A stretch of DNA of 64,000 nucleotides from Guyparkeria sp. (GCF_046540515.1 NZ_JBKHFB010000001.1:2591-66590); one strand, 5' to 3'; counted from the first letter of the stretch, positions 28,723-37,722 are shown. Numbers and translations are program-made. Notes: generated by a model from the letters alone, not told the origin.

Positions 28723-29316
28723 TCAGTCGTCCAGTTCGGCCGTGATGGAGAAGGCACCTCGAATGTCGCCTTTCGCGTAGCCGGTAGCCTGGTCGTCGGG
28801 ATACAGGCGATCGATTTCCGCCTTGAGCTTCGGGTCGACGTCCTGGCCGTGGCAGTTGAGGCAGACGCCTTCGGTGCCGATCGCCTTCATGAATCGCAGC
28901 TGCTTCTCCCCGTCGACCTTCTTGACCTCGTGCCAGGCAATCTCGTCGATCGGCGTGCCGTCGGCCTTGCGCTTCTCGAAATCCTGCATGACCGCTCGCT
29001 CCCAGTCAGTGGGTTCGGTCGCGCGTGGCTTGAGGCTGGTCCGGCGAAGCGTGAAGCCGCTCTCTTCGCTCAGGTCGGCGGCGATCTCCGGGGCGCGTTC
29101 GTTGCAGATCTGCACGGCGGCCATCGGGCCGCCTTCCTTCATGGCGGCCTGAAGCTCGCCCTTGAGCGTCTTGCCGAAGGTCTGCATGGTTGCCTTGTAG
29201 TCTTGGAGCTGCGCCTTCACGGCCTCCTCGTTGGCGTTGGCGTGCGCCGACATCGAGGCAAGGCCAAGCGCGGTGGCGGCCAGCAGTGAGGGGATGCGTA
29301 CGGTTGGCTTTGTCAT
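28723..29316 (-). CDS. DUF3365 (Tll0287-like) periplasmic monoheme c-type protein
   Basis: Signal peptide; RRTSLKPR, RFMKAI, CLNCH heme motif, YPDDQATGY..GDIRGAFS. Confidence 0.88.
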   Translation of the reverse strand: MTKPTVRIPSLLAATALGLASMSAHANANEEAVKAQLQDYKATMQTFGKTLKGELQAAMKEGGPMAAVQICNERAPEIAADLSEESGFTLRRTSLKPRATEPTDWERAVMQDFEKRKADGTPIDEIAWHEVKKVDGEKQLRFMKAIGTEGVCLNCHGQDVDPKLKAEIDRLYPDDQATGYAKGDIRGAFSITAELDD

Positions 29317-29423
29317 CGGTGACTCCCTGGGTGTGCCAATGGATAAATAACGACTATCCGGGTAAGCACCAAGCTTATATTAGACCCCCGGGGTCCTTGC
29401 AAGACGGAAGGGTGTCGGCCAAC

Positions 29424-29453
29424 AAAAACGCCGCCCTCGTGTGAGGCCGGCGT
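29424..29453 (-). terminator. Intrinsic terminator of the DUF1134 gene
   Basis: GC stem ACGCCG.CCTC/GAGG.CGGCGT followed by a T-tract on the minus strand. Confidence 0.6.
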
Positions 29454-29484
29454 GGAGAGGTGTCGTGATCGAGGTCGAGCCCGG

Positions 29485-30144
29485 TCAGAACGGGTTGTAG
29501 GACTTGCCCTGGGTGAACTGCATGTAGCCCACGCCGGCGCCCAGTCGCAGGCCGACCCCGACGCGGATCGGCGCGACCACGATCGACTGGCTGCGCAGAT
29601 ATTGCATGCCGACCCCCCCGACGACGAAGGCCGACCCGTTGACCCCGGCGAATCGCTGGAAGATCAGGTCGGGGCGCGGCAGGTTGTAGACCAGCATGAA
29701 CACCCGGCCGGCATCGCCGCCGAAGTCCCAGCCGACCGACGGGCCCTGCCAGTAAACGGTCTGCTTTTCGCCGGACTTTGCCATGAACTCGCCCTTGCCG
29801 TAGCGCAGCCCGACCACGATGGCACCACCGCCTTCCTCGCCCTTGATGATCGCGTTGGGCCGACCGTAGTCGTCAAAGGCGCGGTCGACCGCGCGGGCGA
29901 TGCCCTCGGCCGAGCCGCCCAGGAAGTCGACCGCCTCCTGGGTGGTCTCGTACTTGTCGTAGCCCTCGTCCTGATCGTTGGAGCCCTGTTCGCTCGACTG
30001 GTCGCTGTCTCCGTCCTGGCTGGCCGGCGCGCTGGCGCAGCCACCCAGGAGCAGGGCCATTGCCAGTGCCGCGAGCAGGGGCATCGTTCGGAAGCCGAAC
30101 CGCGGGAGGGAAAAGCCGGTGAGGTCGGGAATGGAGCCTTGCAT
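29485..30144 (-). CDS. DUF1134 (EipA-like) lipoprotein
   Basis: Lipobox LLGGC; G.PNAIIKGEEGGGA..VGLRYG, YWQGPSVGWDFG, PIRVGVGLRLG. Start may be ~20 codons downstream. Confidence 0.85.
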   Translation of the reverse strand: MQGSIPDLTGFSLPRFGFRTMPLLAALAMALLLGGCASAPASQDGDSDQSSEQGSNDQDEGYDKYETTQEAVDFLGGSAEGIARAVDRAFDDYGRPNAIIKGEEGGGAIVVGLRYGKGEFMAKSGEKQTVYWQGPSVGWDFGGDAGRVFMLVYNLPRPDLIFQRFAGVNGSAFVVGGVGMQYLRSQSIVVAPIRVGVGLRLGAGVGYMQFTQGKSYNPF

Positions 30145-30198
30145 GTTTCGAAAGTCCCTTGTTCAGAGTGAAACGGCGTGTTGAATGGATGGCTTTAG

Positions 30199-30289
30199 GG
30201 AGGGGTGTACCAATCGGATGTTACCCCGGCCTTGCGAGCCGTTCGTCGTCCGCATGCGCCGAACGGCATCGGATTCGTGCAGAGGTTCC
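30199..30289. repeat. 91-bp inverted-repeat (MITE-like) element, copy 3
   Basis: TTAG|GGAGGGGTGTACCAATCGGATG...CATCGGATTCGTGCAGAGGTTCC|CTAA; both ends align with the reverse complement of 3909-4000. Confidence 0.7.
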
Positions 30290-30430
30290 CTAAGCAGACC
30301 CATGCACCCGGCAAAAGTTGCGCGGGCCTGATCTCCGGCCATCCGGTTGACAACCTGCTGTTTTGTCGCAAGCATACGCGCTTTGCCGCGGGTAGGCCCG
30401 ACGGCACCGTCTTTTCAACGGGATGACCGA

Positions 30431-31012
30431 ATGAGTATCAAGTCCGATCGCTGGATCTGTCGCATGGCCGAGGAGCAGGGCATGATCGAGCCGTTCGAGG
30501 CCGGCCAGGTGCGCAGCATGCCGGGTCCAGACGGCAAGATCGAGCCGATGGTGTCCTACGGCACCTCGAGCTACGGCTACGACGTGCGTTGCTCGAATCA
30601 CTTCAAGGTGTTCACCAATATCAACACCACGATCGTCGATCCCAAGGCCTTCGACGAGCGCAGCTTCGTCGACGTGCATTCCGACGTCTGCATCATCCCG
30701 CCGAACTCGTTTGCCCTGGCGCACACGGTCGAGTACTTCCGCATTCCGCGCAACGTGTTGACCATCTGCCTGGGCAAGTCGACCTACGCCCGCTGCGGGA
30801 TCATCGTCAACGTCACCCCGCTCGAGCCCGAGTGGGAAGGCCACGTGACCCTCGAGTTCTCCAACACCACGCCGCTGCCGGCGAAGATCTACGCCAACGA
30901 GGGCGTGGCGCAGATGCTGTTCCTGGAGTCCGACGAGGTCTGCGAGACGTCCTACAAGGACCGTGGCGGCAAGTACCAGGGCCAGCGCGGCGTCACCCTG
31001 CCGACGGCCTGA
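30431..31012 (+). CDS. dcd: dCTP deaminase
   Basis: [56 protein letters not shown]. Confidence 0.97.
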   Translation: MSIKSDRWICRMAEEQGMIEPFEAGQVRSMPGPDGKIEPMVSYGTSSYGYDVRCSNHFKVFTNINTTIVDPKAFDERSFVDVHSDVCIIPPNSFALAHTVEYFRIPRNVLTICLGKSTYARCGIIVNVTPLEPEWEGHVTLEFSNTTPLPAKIYANEGVAQMLFLESDEVCETSYKDRGGKYQGQRGVTLPTA

Positions 31013-31049
31013 TCGCCCCCGAGCGTCGGCCAGAGCCGGTCCGTTCCCC

Positions 31050-31084
31050 CCGCCCCCGGCACGACGACGCCGGGGGCGGTTTTC
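31050..31084 (+). terminator. Intrinsic terminator after dcd
   Basis: CCGCCCCCGGC-8 nt-GCCGGGGGCGG-TTTT. Confidence 0.8.
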
Positions 31085-31087
31085 GTT

Positions 31088-31762
31088 CTACTCCGCCGTC
31101 TCCTCGACCACGTTGAGCGCCAGCACCGGCCAGCCGCGTGCCTCGGCCTCGCGACGCAGCACCGGGTCGGGATCGACCGCCACCGGGTAGTCGACCTGCT
31201 CGAGCAGCGGCAGGTCGTTGCGCGAATCCGAGTAGAACCAGGTCTCCTCCGGACGCGCCTGCTGGGTCTCCAGCCACTCCTCGAGTGCCAGGATCTTGCC
31301 GTGCTGGAAGGTCGGCGTGCCCGTGTAGCGCCCGGTGTAGCGGCCATTGCGTCGCTCGGGTTCGGTGGCCAGCAGATGGGGGATGCCGAACAGTTCGGCG
31401 ATCGGCCCGGTGACGAAGGCATTGGTCGCCGTGATCAGCATCAGGGTGTGGCCCCGACGCCGGTGGGATTCGACCAGCTCGCGGGCCGCCGGTGTGATCA
31501 GCGGCCGGATGTCCCTCTCGATGAACTCGGCGCGCCAGGTATCGAGGTCCTCGGCCGGGTGCTCGGCCAGGGGCGCGAGCGCGAAACGCAGGTAGGCATC
31601 GATATCGAGCGTGCCCTGCTGGTAGTGACGCAGGAACTCGTCGTTGTGCCGGGCGTAATCTTCGGCGTCGACAATGCCGTGTTCGGTCATGAAGGCCCCC
31701 CAGGCGTGATCGGAGTCACCGGCGAGCAGGGTGTTGTCGAGGTCGAAGATGGCGAGTTTCAC
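31088..31762 (-). CDS. HAD-IB phosphatase (possible histidinol-phosphatase; Pseudomonas PA0335-like position)
   Basis: FDLDNTLLAGDSD, ITAT, GK, YSDSRNDLPLL; divergent from rppH-ptsP. Confidence 0.9.
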   Translation of the reverse strand: MKLAIFDLDNTLLAGDSDHAWGAFMTEHGIVDAEDYARHNDEFLRHYQQGTLDIDAYLRFALAPLAEHPAEDLDTWRAEFIERDIRPLITPAARELVESHRRRGHTLMLITATNAFVTGPIAELFGIPHLLATEPERRNGRYTGRYTGTPTFQHGKILALEEWLETQQARPEETWFYSDSRNDLPLLEQVDYPVAVDPDPVLRREAEARGWPVLALNVVEETAE

Positions 31763-32164
31763 GAAAGGCCTCCTGGCGACAGGGCCGCTGGGCCTGCCGT
31801 CATGATCGCGTTTGACTCCGGCCTTGGCCGGGTCGACGGGCGCGCATGATACCCCATACCGGCCGGTTGTTGACCCGGGGCGTTTCCAGCCGCCCTGGCT
31901 GGAGGGTGTCCATGCGGCGAGAAGGCGCCAGCAAGATCGTCCGGCCGGGTCTTGCCGCTCACTATGGCCGACTGGTTCGGTTGTCGTGCCCGGCGCGCGG
32001 CGCCTGCCGGGATTGCCGCAGGCGTCGGTTTATCGCCCCGGGGTTTTATGAAAGAATCAATGACACTTGGGTGACGGTCATCGGCCGGCGTGCGGCACGC
32101 CGTCACCCCTGCGGGGCCGCGTGTCCCGCCATTTATACCGACTGACTTTTGCAAGAGTGGAATC

Positions 32165-32743
32165 GTGATTGACCGTAGCGGCTTTCGACCCAATGTCGGC
32201 ATCATCGTGTGCAACCAGCGAGGCGAGGTCTTCTGGGGCAAGCGGGTCGGTCATCGTTCATGGCAGTTTCCGCAAGGCGGCATCAATGCCGAGGAGCGGC
32301 CGCTGGAGGCAATGTATCGCGAGCTGCGCGAGGAGGTGGGCCTGCTGCCCGAGCATGTCTCGGTAATGGCCTGGACCCGAGGTTGGCTGCGCTACCGCCT
32401 GCCGCGCAACATGGTCCGGCGTCACGTCCAACCGGTCTGCATCGGTCAGAAGCAGAAATGGTTTCTCCTGCGCCTGCGCGCCGAGGAAAGCGCCTTTGAC
32501 CTCAACGCCTCCCACAAGCCGGAGTTCGACGGCTGGGAGTGGCGGCCTTTCTGGTCGATCCTGCCCGAGGTGATCTACTTCAAGCGCACCGTCTATTTCC
32601 AGGCCCTCCACCAGTTGGCGCCCTTCCTCGAGAGCGTGCCCGCCGAGTGCCCGGACGACTGTCTGCCGGAGCAGCTCGAGCGGCGTGTCGGGCAGGCACC
32701 ATCGGCCGACCTGGCCGCGGCGGGGAACCGCGATGCTCGATGA
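32165..32743 (+). CDS. rppH: RNA 5'-pyrophosphohydrolase
   Basis: GTG start gives MIDRSGFRPNVGII; Nudix box WQFPQGGI...AMYRELREEVGL; CIGQKQKWF; PEFDGW. Confidence 0.96.
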   Translation: MIDRSGFRPNVGIIVCNQRGEVFWGKRVGHRSWQFPQGGINAEERPLEAMYRELREEVGLLPEHVSVMAWTRGWLRYRLPRNMVRRHVQPVCIGQKQKWFLLRLRAEESAFDLNASHKPEFDGWEWRPFWSILPEVIYFKRTVYFQALHQLAPFLESVPAECPDDCLPEQLERRVGQAPSADLAAAGNRDAR

Positions 32744-35024
32744 ACTGCGTCAGATCGTCACCGAGGTATCCAAGTCCGCCGATCTGCGGGCCGCGCTCGA
32801 CCTGATCGCCCGTCGGGTGCAGTCGGCGCTCGACGTCTCGGTCTGCTCGGTCTACGTGCTGGGTGGTGACGAGGCCGAGGCGGTCGAGCCCAGCCTGGTG
32901 CTGCAGGCCACCGAGGGTCTGAACAAGTCGATGGTGGGCCAGGTCTCGCTCGCCATGGACGAGGGGCTGGTCGGGCTGGTCGCGCGTCGCGCCGAGGTGA
33001 TCAACCTCGAGGATGCCTCGACGCACCCGGCCTTCAAGTTCGTCACCGATATCGGCGAGGAGCCCTATCACGGCTTTCTCGGCGTGCCGATCATCCACCG
33101 CGGCGACGTGCTGGGCGTGCTGGTGGTGCAGGCCCGCGAGCGGCGTCGGTTCTCCGATGACCAGGAATCCTTCGTCGTCACCCTGGCTACCCAGCTTGCC
33201 TCGGCCATTCGCCATGCACGCGCCAGCGGTGAGCTGATGCGCACCGGCAACGAGCCCGGCGCTTTCGACTCGGCCTTCTCGGCGCGCGGGTTGCCCGGCT
33301 CGCCCGGGGTGGTGTTCGGCACTGCGGTCGTGGTGGCCGACGGCCAGTCGCTGGAGATGGTCGAGGATCGCGTGGTCGAGGACATCGACCACGAGCTGGG
33401 GGTGCTCGATTCCGCGATCGAGGCGGTTCGCCAGGAATTCGAGCAGCTCAAGATCGATTTCTCGCGGGCCTCGGGCAGCGAGGAAGAGAACCTGCTGTTC
33501 GACGCCTACATCCGCATGCTGTCGGGGGGGTCGCTGGTCGAGGCGATCGAGCAGCACATCCGCGCCGGCCAGTGGGCGGGGGCGGCGTTGCGCGATGCGA
33601 TCGCCGAACACGCGGCCGTGTTCGAGCAGATGAGCGACGCCTACCTGCGCGAGCGTGCCCAGGACATCCGCGATCTGGGCAACCGGGTGCTGCAGAAACT
33701 GCACGCCGAGAGCGCCGAGCCGACCGAGTGGCCCGATCAGATCGTGCTGGTCGGCAACGACCTGTCCGCCTCGCACCTGGCCGAAGTGCCCACCGAGCGG
33801 CTGGTGGGTATCGTCTCGTCGACCGGCTCGGGCTCCTCGCATCTTGCGATCCTCGCCCGGGCGCTGGGCGTGCCGGCGGCGATGGGCGTCTCCGATCTGC
33901 CGATCTCGCGGCTGCGCAACAAGGAGGTGGTGGTCGACGGCTACCGCGGTCTGGTGATGGTCCGACCGCGGGGCTCGCTGCGCGAGGAGATGCAGCGGCT
34001 GGCCCGTGAGGAGGCAGAGCTGACCGAGGAGCTCGCCGCCCTGCGCGACGAGCCGGCGCTGACCTCCGATGGCGTGCGTGTCGCCATGCACGTCAATATC
34101 GGCCTGCTTTCCGACATGGCGCCGTCGCTGACCGTCGGTGCCGAGGGTATCGGCCTGTATCGCACCGAGGTGCCGTTCCAGATCCGCAAGCAGTTTCCCG
34201 GCGAGGAGGAGCAGGCCCACATCTACCGCGAGGCGCTCGAGACCTTCGCCGGCAAGCCCGTGGTGCTGAGGACGCTCGACGTGGGTGGCGACAAGCCGCT
34301 GTCGTACTTCCCGATCCGTGAGGACAACCCGTTTCTCGGCTGGCGGGGCATCCGGCTGGTACTCGATCATCCGGAGATCTTCCTCACCCAGATCCGCGCG
34401 ATGCTCAAGGCCTCGGCGGGGCTGAACAACCTGCACATCCTGCTTCCGATGATCTCCGCGGTGGACGAGGTCGATCAGTCGCTGGCGTACATCGCCCAGG
34501 CGTTCGACGAGGTCTCCGAGGAAATCGGCGAGATCGAGCGGCCGAAGATCGGCGTGATGATCGAGGTGCCTTCGGCGGTCTACCAGGCCGACGCGCTGGC
34601 CAGCCGCTGCGATTTTCTCTCCATCGGCACCAACGACCTGACCCAGTACCTGCTGGCGATCGATCGCAACAACGAACGGGTCGCCTCGCGGTACGACGCC
34701 CTGCACCCGGCGGTGCTCGCCGCGGTTCGCGATGTCTGTACCGCCGGCGCACGTCAGGATTGCGAGGTGGCCGTCTGCGGGGAGTTGTCCGGCGACCCGC
34801 TGGGCGCCGTGCTGTTGCTGGGGATGGGTATCCACTCGCTCTCGATGAGCGCCGGGTCATTGCCGCGGATCAAGTGGGTGATCCGCAGCTTCTCGCATGC
34901 CGATGCCGAGGCGCTGGTCGATCAGGCGATGCGTTGCGAGCGACCGGCCGAAATACGGACACTGCTCAACCAGGCACTGGACGACCGTGGTTTGGGCGGC
35001 TTGATTCGCGCCGGTCGTTACTGA
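32733..35024 (+). CDS. ptsP: PEP-protein phosphotransferase EI(Ntr)
   Basis: N-terminal GAF domain, SHLAILARALG phospho-His motif, GLYRTE, RTLDVGGDK, SIGTNDLTQY, CGE. Confidence 0.96.
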   Translation: MLDELRQIVTEVSKSADLRAALDLIARRVQSALDVSVCSVYVLGGDEAEAVEPSLVLQATEGLNKSMVGQVSLAMDEGLVGLVARRAEVINLEDASTHPAFKFVTDIGEEPYHGFLGVPIIHRGDVLGVLVVQARERRRFSDDQESFVVTLATQLASAIRHARASGELMRTGNEPGAFDSAFSARGLPGSPGVVFGTAVVVADGQSLEMVEDRVVEDIDHELGVLDSAIEAVRQEFEQLKIDFSRASGSEEENLLFDAYIRMLSGGSLVEAIEQHIRAGQWAGAALRDAIAEHAAVFEQMSDAYLRERAQDIRDLGNRVLQKLHAESAEPTEWPDQIVLVGNDLSASHLAEVPTERLVGIVSSTGSGSSHLAILARALGVPAAMGVSDLPISRLRNKEVVVDGYRGLVMVRPRGSLREEMQRLAREEAELTEELAALRDEPALTSDGVRVAMHVNIGLLSDMAPSLTVGAEGIGLYRTEVPFQIRKQFPGEEEQAHIYREALETFAGKPVVLRTLDVGGDKPLSYFPIREDNPFLGWRGIRLVLDHPEIFLTQIRAMLKASAGLNNLHILLPMISAVDEVDQSLAYIAQAFDEVSEEIGEIERPKIGVMIEVPSAVYQADALASRCDFLSIGTNDLTQYLLAIDRNNERVASRYDALHPAVLAAVRDVCTAGARQDCEVAVCGELSGDPLGAVLLLGMGIHSLSMSAGSLPRIKWVIRSFSHADAEALVDQAMRCERPAEIRTLLNQALDDRGLGGLIRAGRY

Positions 35025-35083
35025 CTTCGGCAACGTCGCAAGGGGATCAGGCTGGCTCGCCCTGACGGAGCCGCTGGGGGCGA

Positions 35084-35112
35084 TTGACTTGACCCCGGCC
35101 GATGCCTATCAT
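35084..35112 (+). promoter_or_regulatory. sigma70 promoter of the tRNA operon
   Basis: TTGACT-17-TATCAT followed by a GC-rich discriminator GGCGCACC. Confidence 0.75.
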
Positions 35113-35184
35113 GGCGCACCTTCGTCACCGGCACGGGTCGAACCGCTCCGGCGGACGAGGCGCGTGTTGCGCGATGACGGCGAA

Positions 35185-35261
35185 CGGAGTGTAGCGCAGT
35201 CTGGTAGCGCACCTGGTTTGGGACCAGGTGGTCGGGGGTTCGAATCCCTCCACTCCGACCA
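35185..35261 (+). tRNA. tRNA-Pro(TGG)
   Basis: CGGAGTG/CACTCCG acceptor stem, anticodon loop TTTGGGA, TTCGAAT T-loop, CCA end. Confidence 0.97.
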
Positions 35262-35279
35262 GTGAACAAGCCGAAACTT

Positions 35280-35356
35280 GCGCCTGTAGCTCAACCGGAT
35301 AGAGCATCGGCCTTCTAAGCCGAGGGTTGCGGGTTCGAGTCCTGCCGGGCGCGCCA
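35280..35356 (+). tRNA. tRNA-Arg(TCT)
   Basis: GCGCCTG/CGGGCGC acceptor stem, anticodon loop CTTCTAA, TTCGAGT, CCA end. Confidence 0.97.
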
Positions 35357-35392
35357 TAAGCGCACCAGGATGAACGGTGAAAACCTTTCGAT

Positions 35393-35469
35393 GGTGACTG
35401 TAGCTCAGTTGGTAGAGCCCCGGATTGTGATTCCGGTGGTCGTGGGTTCGAATCCCATCAGTCACCCCA
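35393..35469 (+). tRNA. tRNA-His(GTG)
   Basis: G-1 plus GTGACTG/CAGTCAC, C73, anticodon loop TTGTGAT, CCA end. Confidence 0.97.
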
Positions 35470-35476
35470 CCATAGC

Positions 35477-35514
35477 CACGAAAAGGCCCGCCTCCCACGG
35501 CGGGCCTTTTCGTG
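35477..35514. terminator. Bidirectional intrinsic terminator
   Basis: Perfect 16-bp IR CACGAAAAGGCCCGCC/GGCGGGCCTTTTCGTG. Confidence 0.9.
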
Positions 35515-35566
35515 TCCAGTCGTTGCCTGATTCGTCAGTGGTCGGTGGCGGCCTGTCGGGCGTGCA

Positions 35567-35926
35567 TCAGTCCTCGCCTTGTTCCTTTCCGTGGCTCCGG
35601 CTGCGTTCGTCCACCCGCTCTCGGGCCCGGCGAAGTACCTCCTCGTGCCGGTCATTGACGTAGAGCGCGTAGCTCAGCACCTCGGCGACCGCGCGGAACA
35701 GTTGTTCCGGGATGCGTTCGCCCAGGTCGATCTCGGCCAGGGCCCGGGCGAGCATCGGGTCTTCCACCGCCGGCACGTCGGCCTCGCGAGCCACCTCGAT
35801 GATGCGTCGGGCCAGCTCGTCCTGCCCGGTCGCCACCACCTGCGGCACGTCGGTGCCGTCGTAGGCCAGCGCGATGGCGCGTCGCGGCGCCGACGAGCGG
35901 CGGTTCGAGTCGTTCGAATCGCTCAT
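35567..35926 (-). CDS. Stand-alone FlhB C-terminal-like protein (EscU/YscU/HrcU switch family, FlhX/YlqH-like)
   Basis: AIALAYDG..VPQVVATG...A.RI...A....VP..ED..LA..L..IDLGE.IPE.LF.AVAEVL matches the FlhB-CC fragment. Confidence 0.9.
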   Translation of the reverse strand: MSDSNDSNRRSSAPRRAIALAYDGTDVPQVVATGQDELARRIIEVAREADVPAVEDPMLARALAEIDLGERIPEQLFRAVAEVLSYALYVNDRHEEVLRRARERVDERSRSHGKEQGED

Positions 35927-37437
35927 GCCTGCTCACTCAGAAAACCGTCCGGAGCCGAGTCGCCTGCCGCACTCGCGGTGTCGGGTTCGAGCCGGGCGCG
36001 TGCGCTGGCCGGTGCGGGCCCCGGGTAGGCGCCCAGCCGACCCGGCGTGAGGCCGGCATCGGTCAGTGCCCGGGCAAGCGTCGGGCGCGTGGTCTCGAGC
36101 AGGGCGACCGAATCGGGGCGATCGGCGAACAGGTCGACGTCGATGCGGTCGCCCTGCATGATCAGGGCGGCGTGCAGGGGACCGAGACGGGGCCATTCCA
36201 TCGCCAGATCGATGCGCCAGCGCCCACCGCCGTTACGTGTTTCGCCCGATGTGTCCTCCTCGCGAATGCCCAGGCGCAACGAGTGGGCCTCGTTGGCCAG
36301 TTGCAGGGGGATCTCCAGCAACCAGGTGGGCTGGGTGGGGCCGGTCTGCGTGCCGGCTGCGGCTCCCGCGGCACCCTGCGACAGGGCGGTTGCCAGCTGG
36401 CTGCGCTCGACCTGTTCGCCGATCCGCTGCATGAATTCGAGTGTGGCCTGGCGGGCGGCCGGGTCGCGCGGCGCGAGGTCGGGCTGGGCGCGCAGACTCC
36501 GGGCGGCCTGTTGCAGGAGGCTGCCCAGCGGGGTCTCGGTCAGTCCCTGGCCGGTCGGTGCCGGCATGGGGCCGCCCACGCCGGCCAGCGGGTTCGGCGG
36601 TCGGGCCGGGTTGTCCGCCGTCGCGAGCCAGCCGGCGACCAGCCCCTGGATCAGCCGCGGCTCGCGTAACGCGGAGAGCAGCGGCAGCAGCCCGTTGAGC
36701 CCCGGAGGCACCGCCGAGGCGGTCGTCGCCGCCAGCGGTGGCGTGGCGGCAGCCGCCGCCGATTGCGCGGTGGTCGGTGGCGCTGTTTGCCCCGGCTGCA
36801 TTGTCGCCGAGCCGACCTGGGTCAGCGCCGCGCGCATCAGCGATTCGGTCGCCGCGGTCCCGCCGCCCGGTCGAGCCCCCTGGAGGATGGCGGCCGGGAT
36901 TGAGTTCGCGGTGGCCGCGGCCGGGCCGGGAGGCGTCGTCGGATTGGGCGGCCCGGCTGGCGTTGGAGCAGGCGGTTGTCGGCCGCCAGGTGCTGTGACC
37001 ACCGCACCGGAGGACGTCGCGCCGGGAGTGGGCGTGCCCGTCGCAGGGGCGGACGCCCTCCCCGGGTTGGCGGCCGGTGGTGAATTGGCGGACGACGGGG
37101 TCGAGCCGGTGCCCGCCGTGCCCAGCCGTGCCAAGGCCTGTAGCAGGTTGCGCGTGAGCTGGGCCTGGTCGAGCTGACGAGGGTCCGGCGGTGGGCCGAG
37201 GGGGCGCAGATGGACCTGTTCGCCCAGACGGATCACCTCCAGGTCGATGGCCTGGCCGGCCTTGAGGGGGTGATGTGTGGTGACCTGCAATTGCCCGCCG
37301 GCGACCGAAAGGGTGGCTCGCTCGCCGGGCCGGGCGTCCGACAGCGAGATCGCGGCAAGCCGCTGGCCGGTCTGCAGGCGCAGGACCGGCCCGCTGGTGG
37401 TCGTCTGACCGGGCTGTTCGACCTTGAGAATCTTCAT
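35923..37437 (-). CDS. FliK-like protein with C-terminal T3S4/Flg_hook domain
   Basis: Pro/Ala/Thr-rich central region; C-terminal WLLEIPL...WRIDL.ME.PRLGPLHAAL...L...L..AGL; ATGA overlap with the FlhB-like gene. Confidence 0.75.
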   Translation of the reverse strand: MKILKVEQPGQTTTSGPVLRLQTGQRLAAISLSDARPGERATLSVAGGQLQVTTHHPLKAGQAIDLEVIRLGEQVHLRPLGPPPDPRQLDQAQLTRNLLQALARLGTAGTGSTPSSANSPPAANPGRASAPATGTPTPGATSSGAVVTAPGGRQPPAPTPAGPPNPTTPPGPAAATANSIPAAILQGARPGGGTAATESLMRAALTQVGSATMQPGQTAPPTTAQSAAAAATPPLAATTASAVPPGLNGLLPLLSALREPRLIQGLVAGWLATADNPARPPNPLAGVGGPMPAPTGQGLTETPLGSLLQQAARSLRAQPDLAPRDPAARQATLEFMQRIGEQVERSQLATALSQGAAGAAAGTQTGPTQPTWLLEIPLQLANEAHSLRLGIREEDTSGETRNGGGRWRIDLAMEWPRLGPLHAALIMQGDRIDVDLFADRPDSVALLETTRPTLARALTDAGLTPGRLGAYPGPAPASARARLEPDTASAAGDSAPDGFLSEQA

Positions 37438-37529
37438 ATGTGCTCCGGTCGGGGCGGTTGGCATCGATGGTAGGGCGGGCCGATGTCGCTCACAAGCCAC
37501 AGGCGGGCTCACGGGAATTCACCACGAGT

Positions 37530-37612
37530 GACAATGTTTTGACATGTCTCGAGGGTCACGCTAGTTTTCACGGCGATTCCGAGAAACCTTTTGGCTCCGT
37601 GATTCCATTGAC
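37530..37612 (+). promoter_or_regulatory. fleQ promoter (TTGACA-17-TAGTTT) with two FleQ-box-like 14-mers
   Basis: -35 at 37539-37544 and -10 at 37562-37567; GACAATGTTTTGAC (37530-37543) and GTGATTCCATTGAC (37599-37612) resemble GTCA-N6-TGAC. Confidence 0.55.
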
Positions 37613-37722
37613 CGCCTCGACAGGTCCGTGTCGCCGGGGTGACCACAGTTTGCTCGGAAATGCGAGCGAGAAACAACAAGAATCGGCGTGGACACCGACG
37701 GCCACGCCCCCAGGAGAAACGC

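Noticed and set aside
35185-35566. tRNA cluster as a possible genomic-island integration site
   Set aside because: No integrase, no duplicated tRNA 3' end and no obvious compositional shift nearby.
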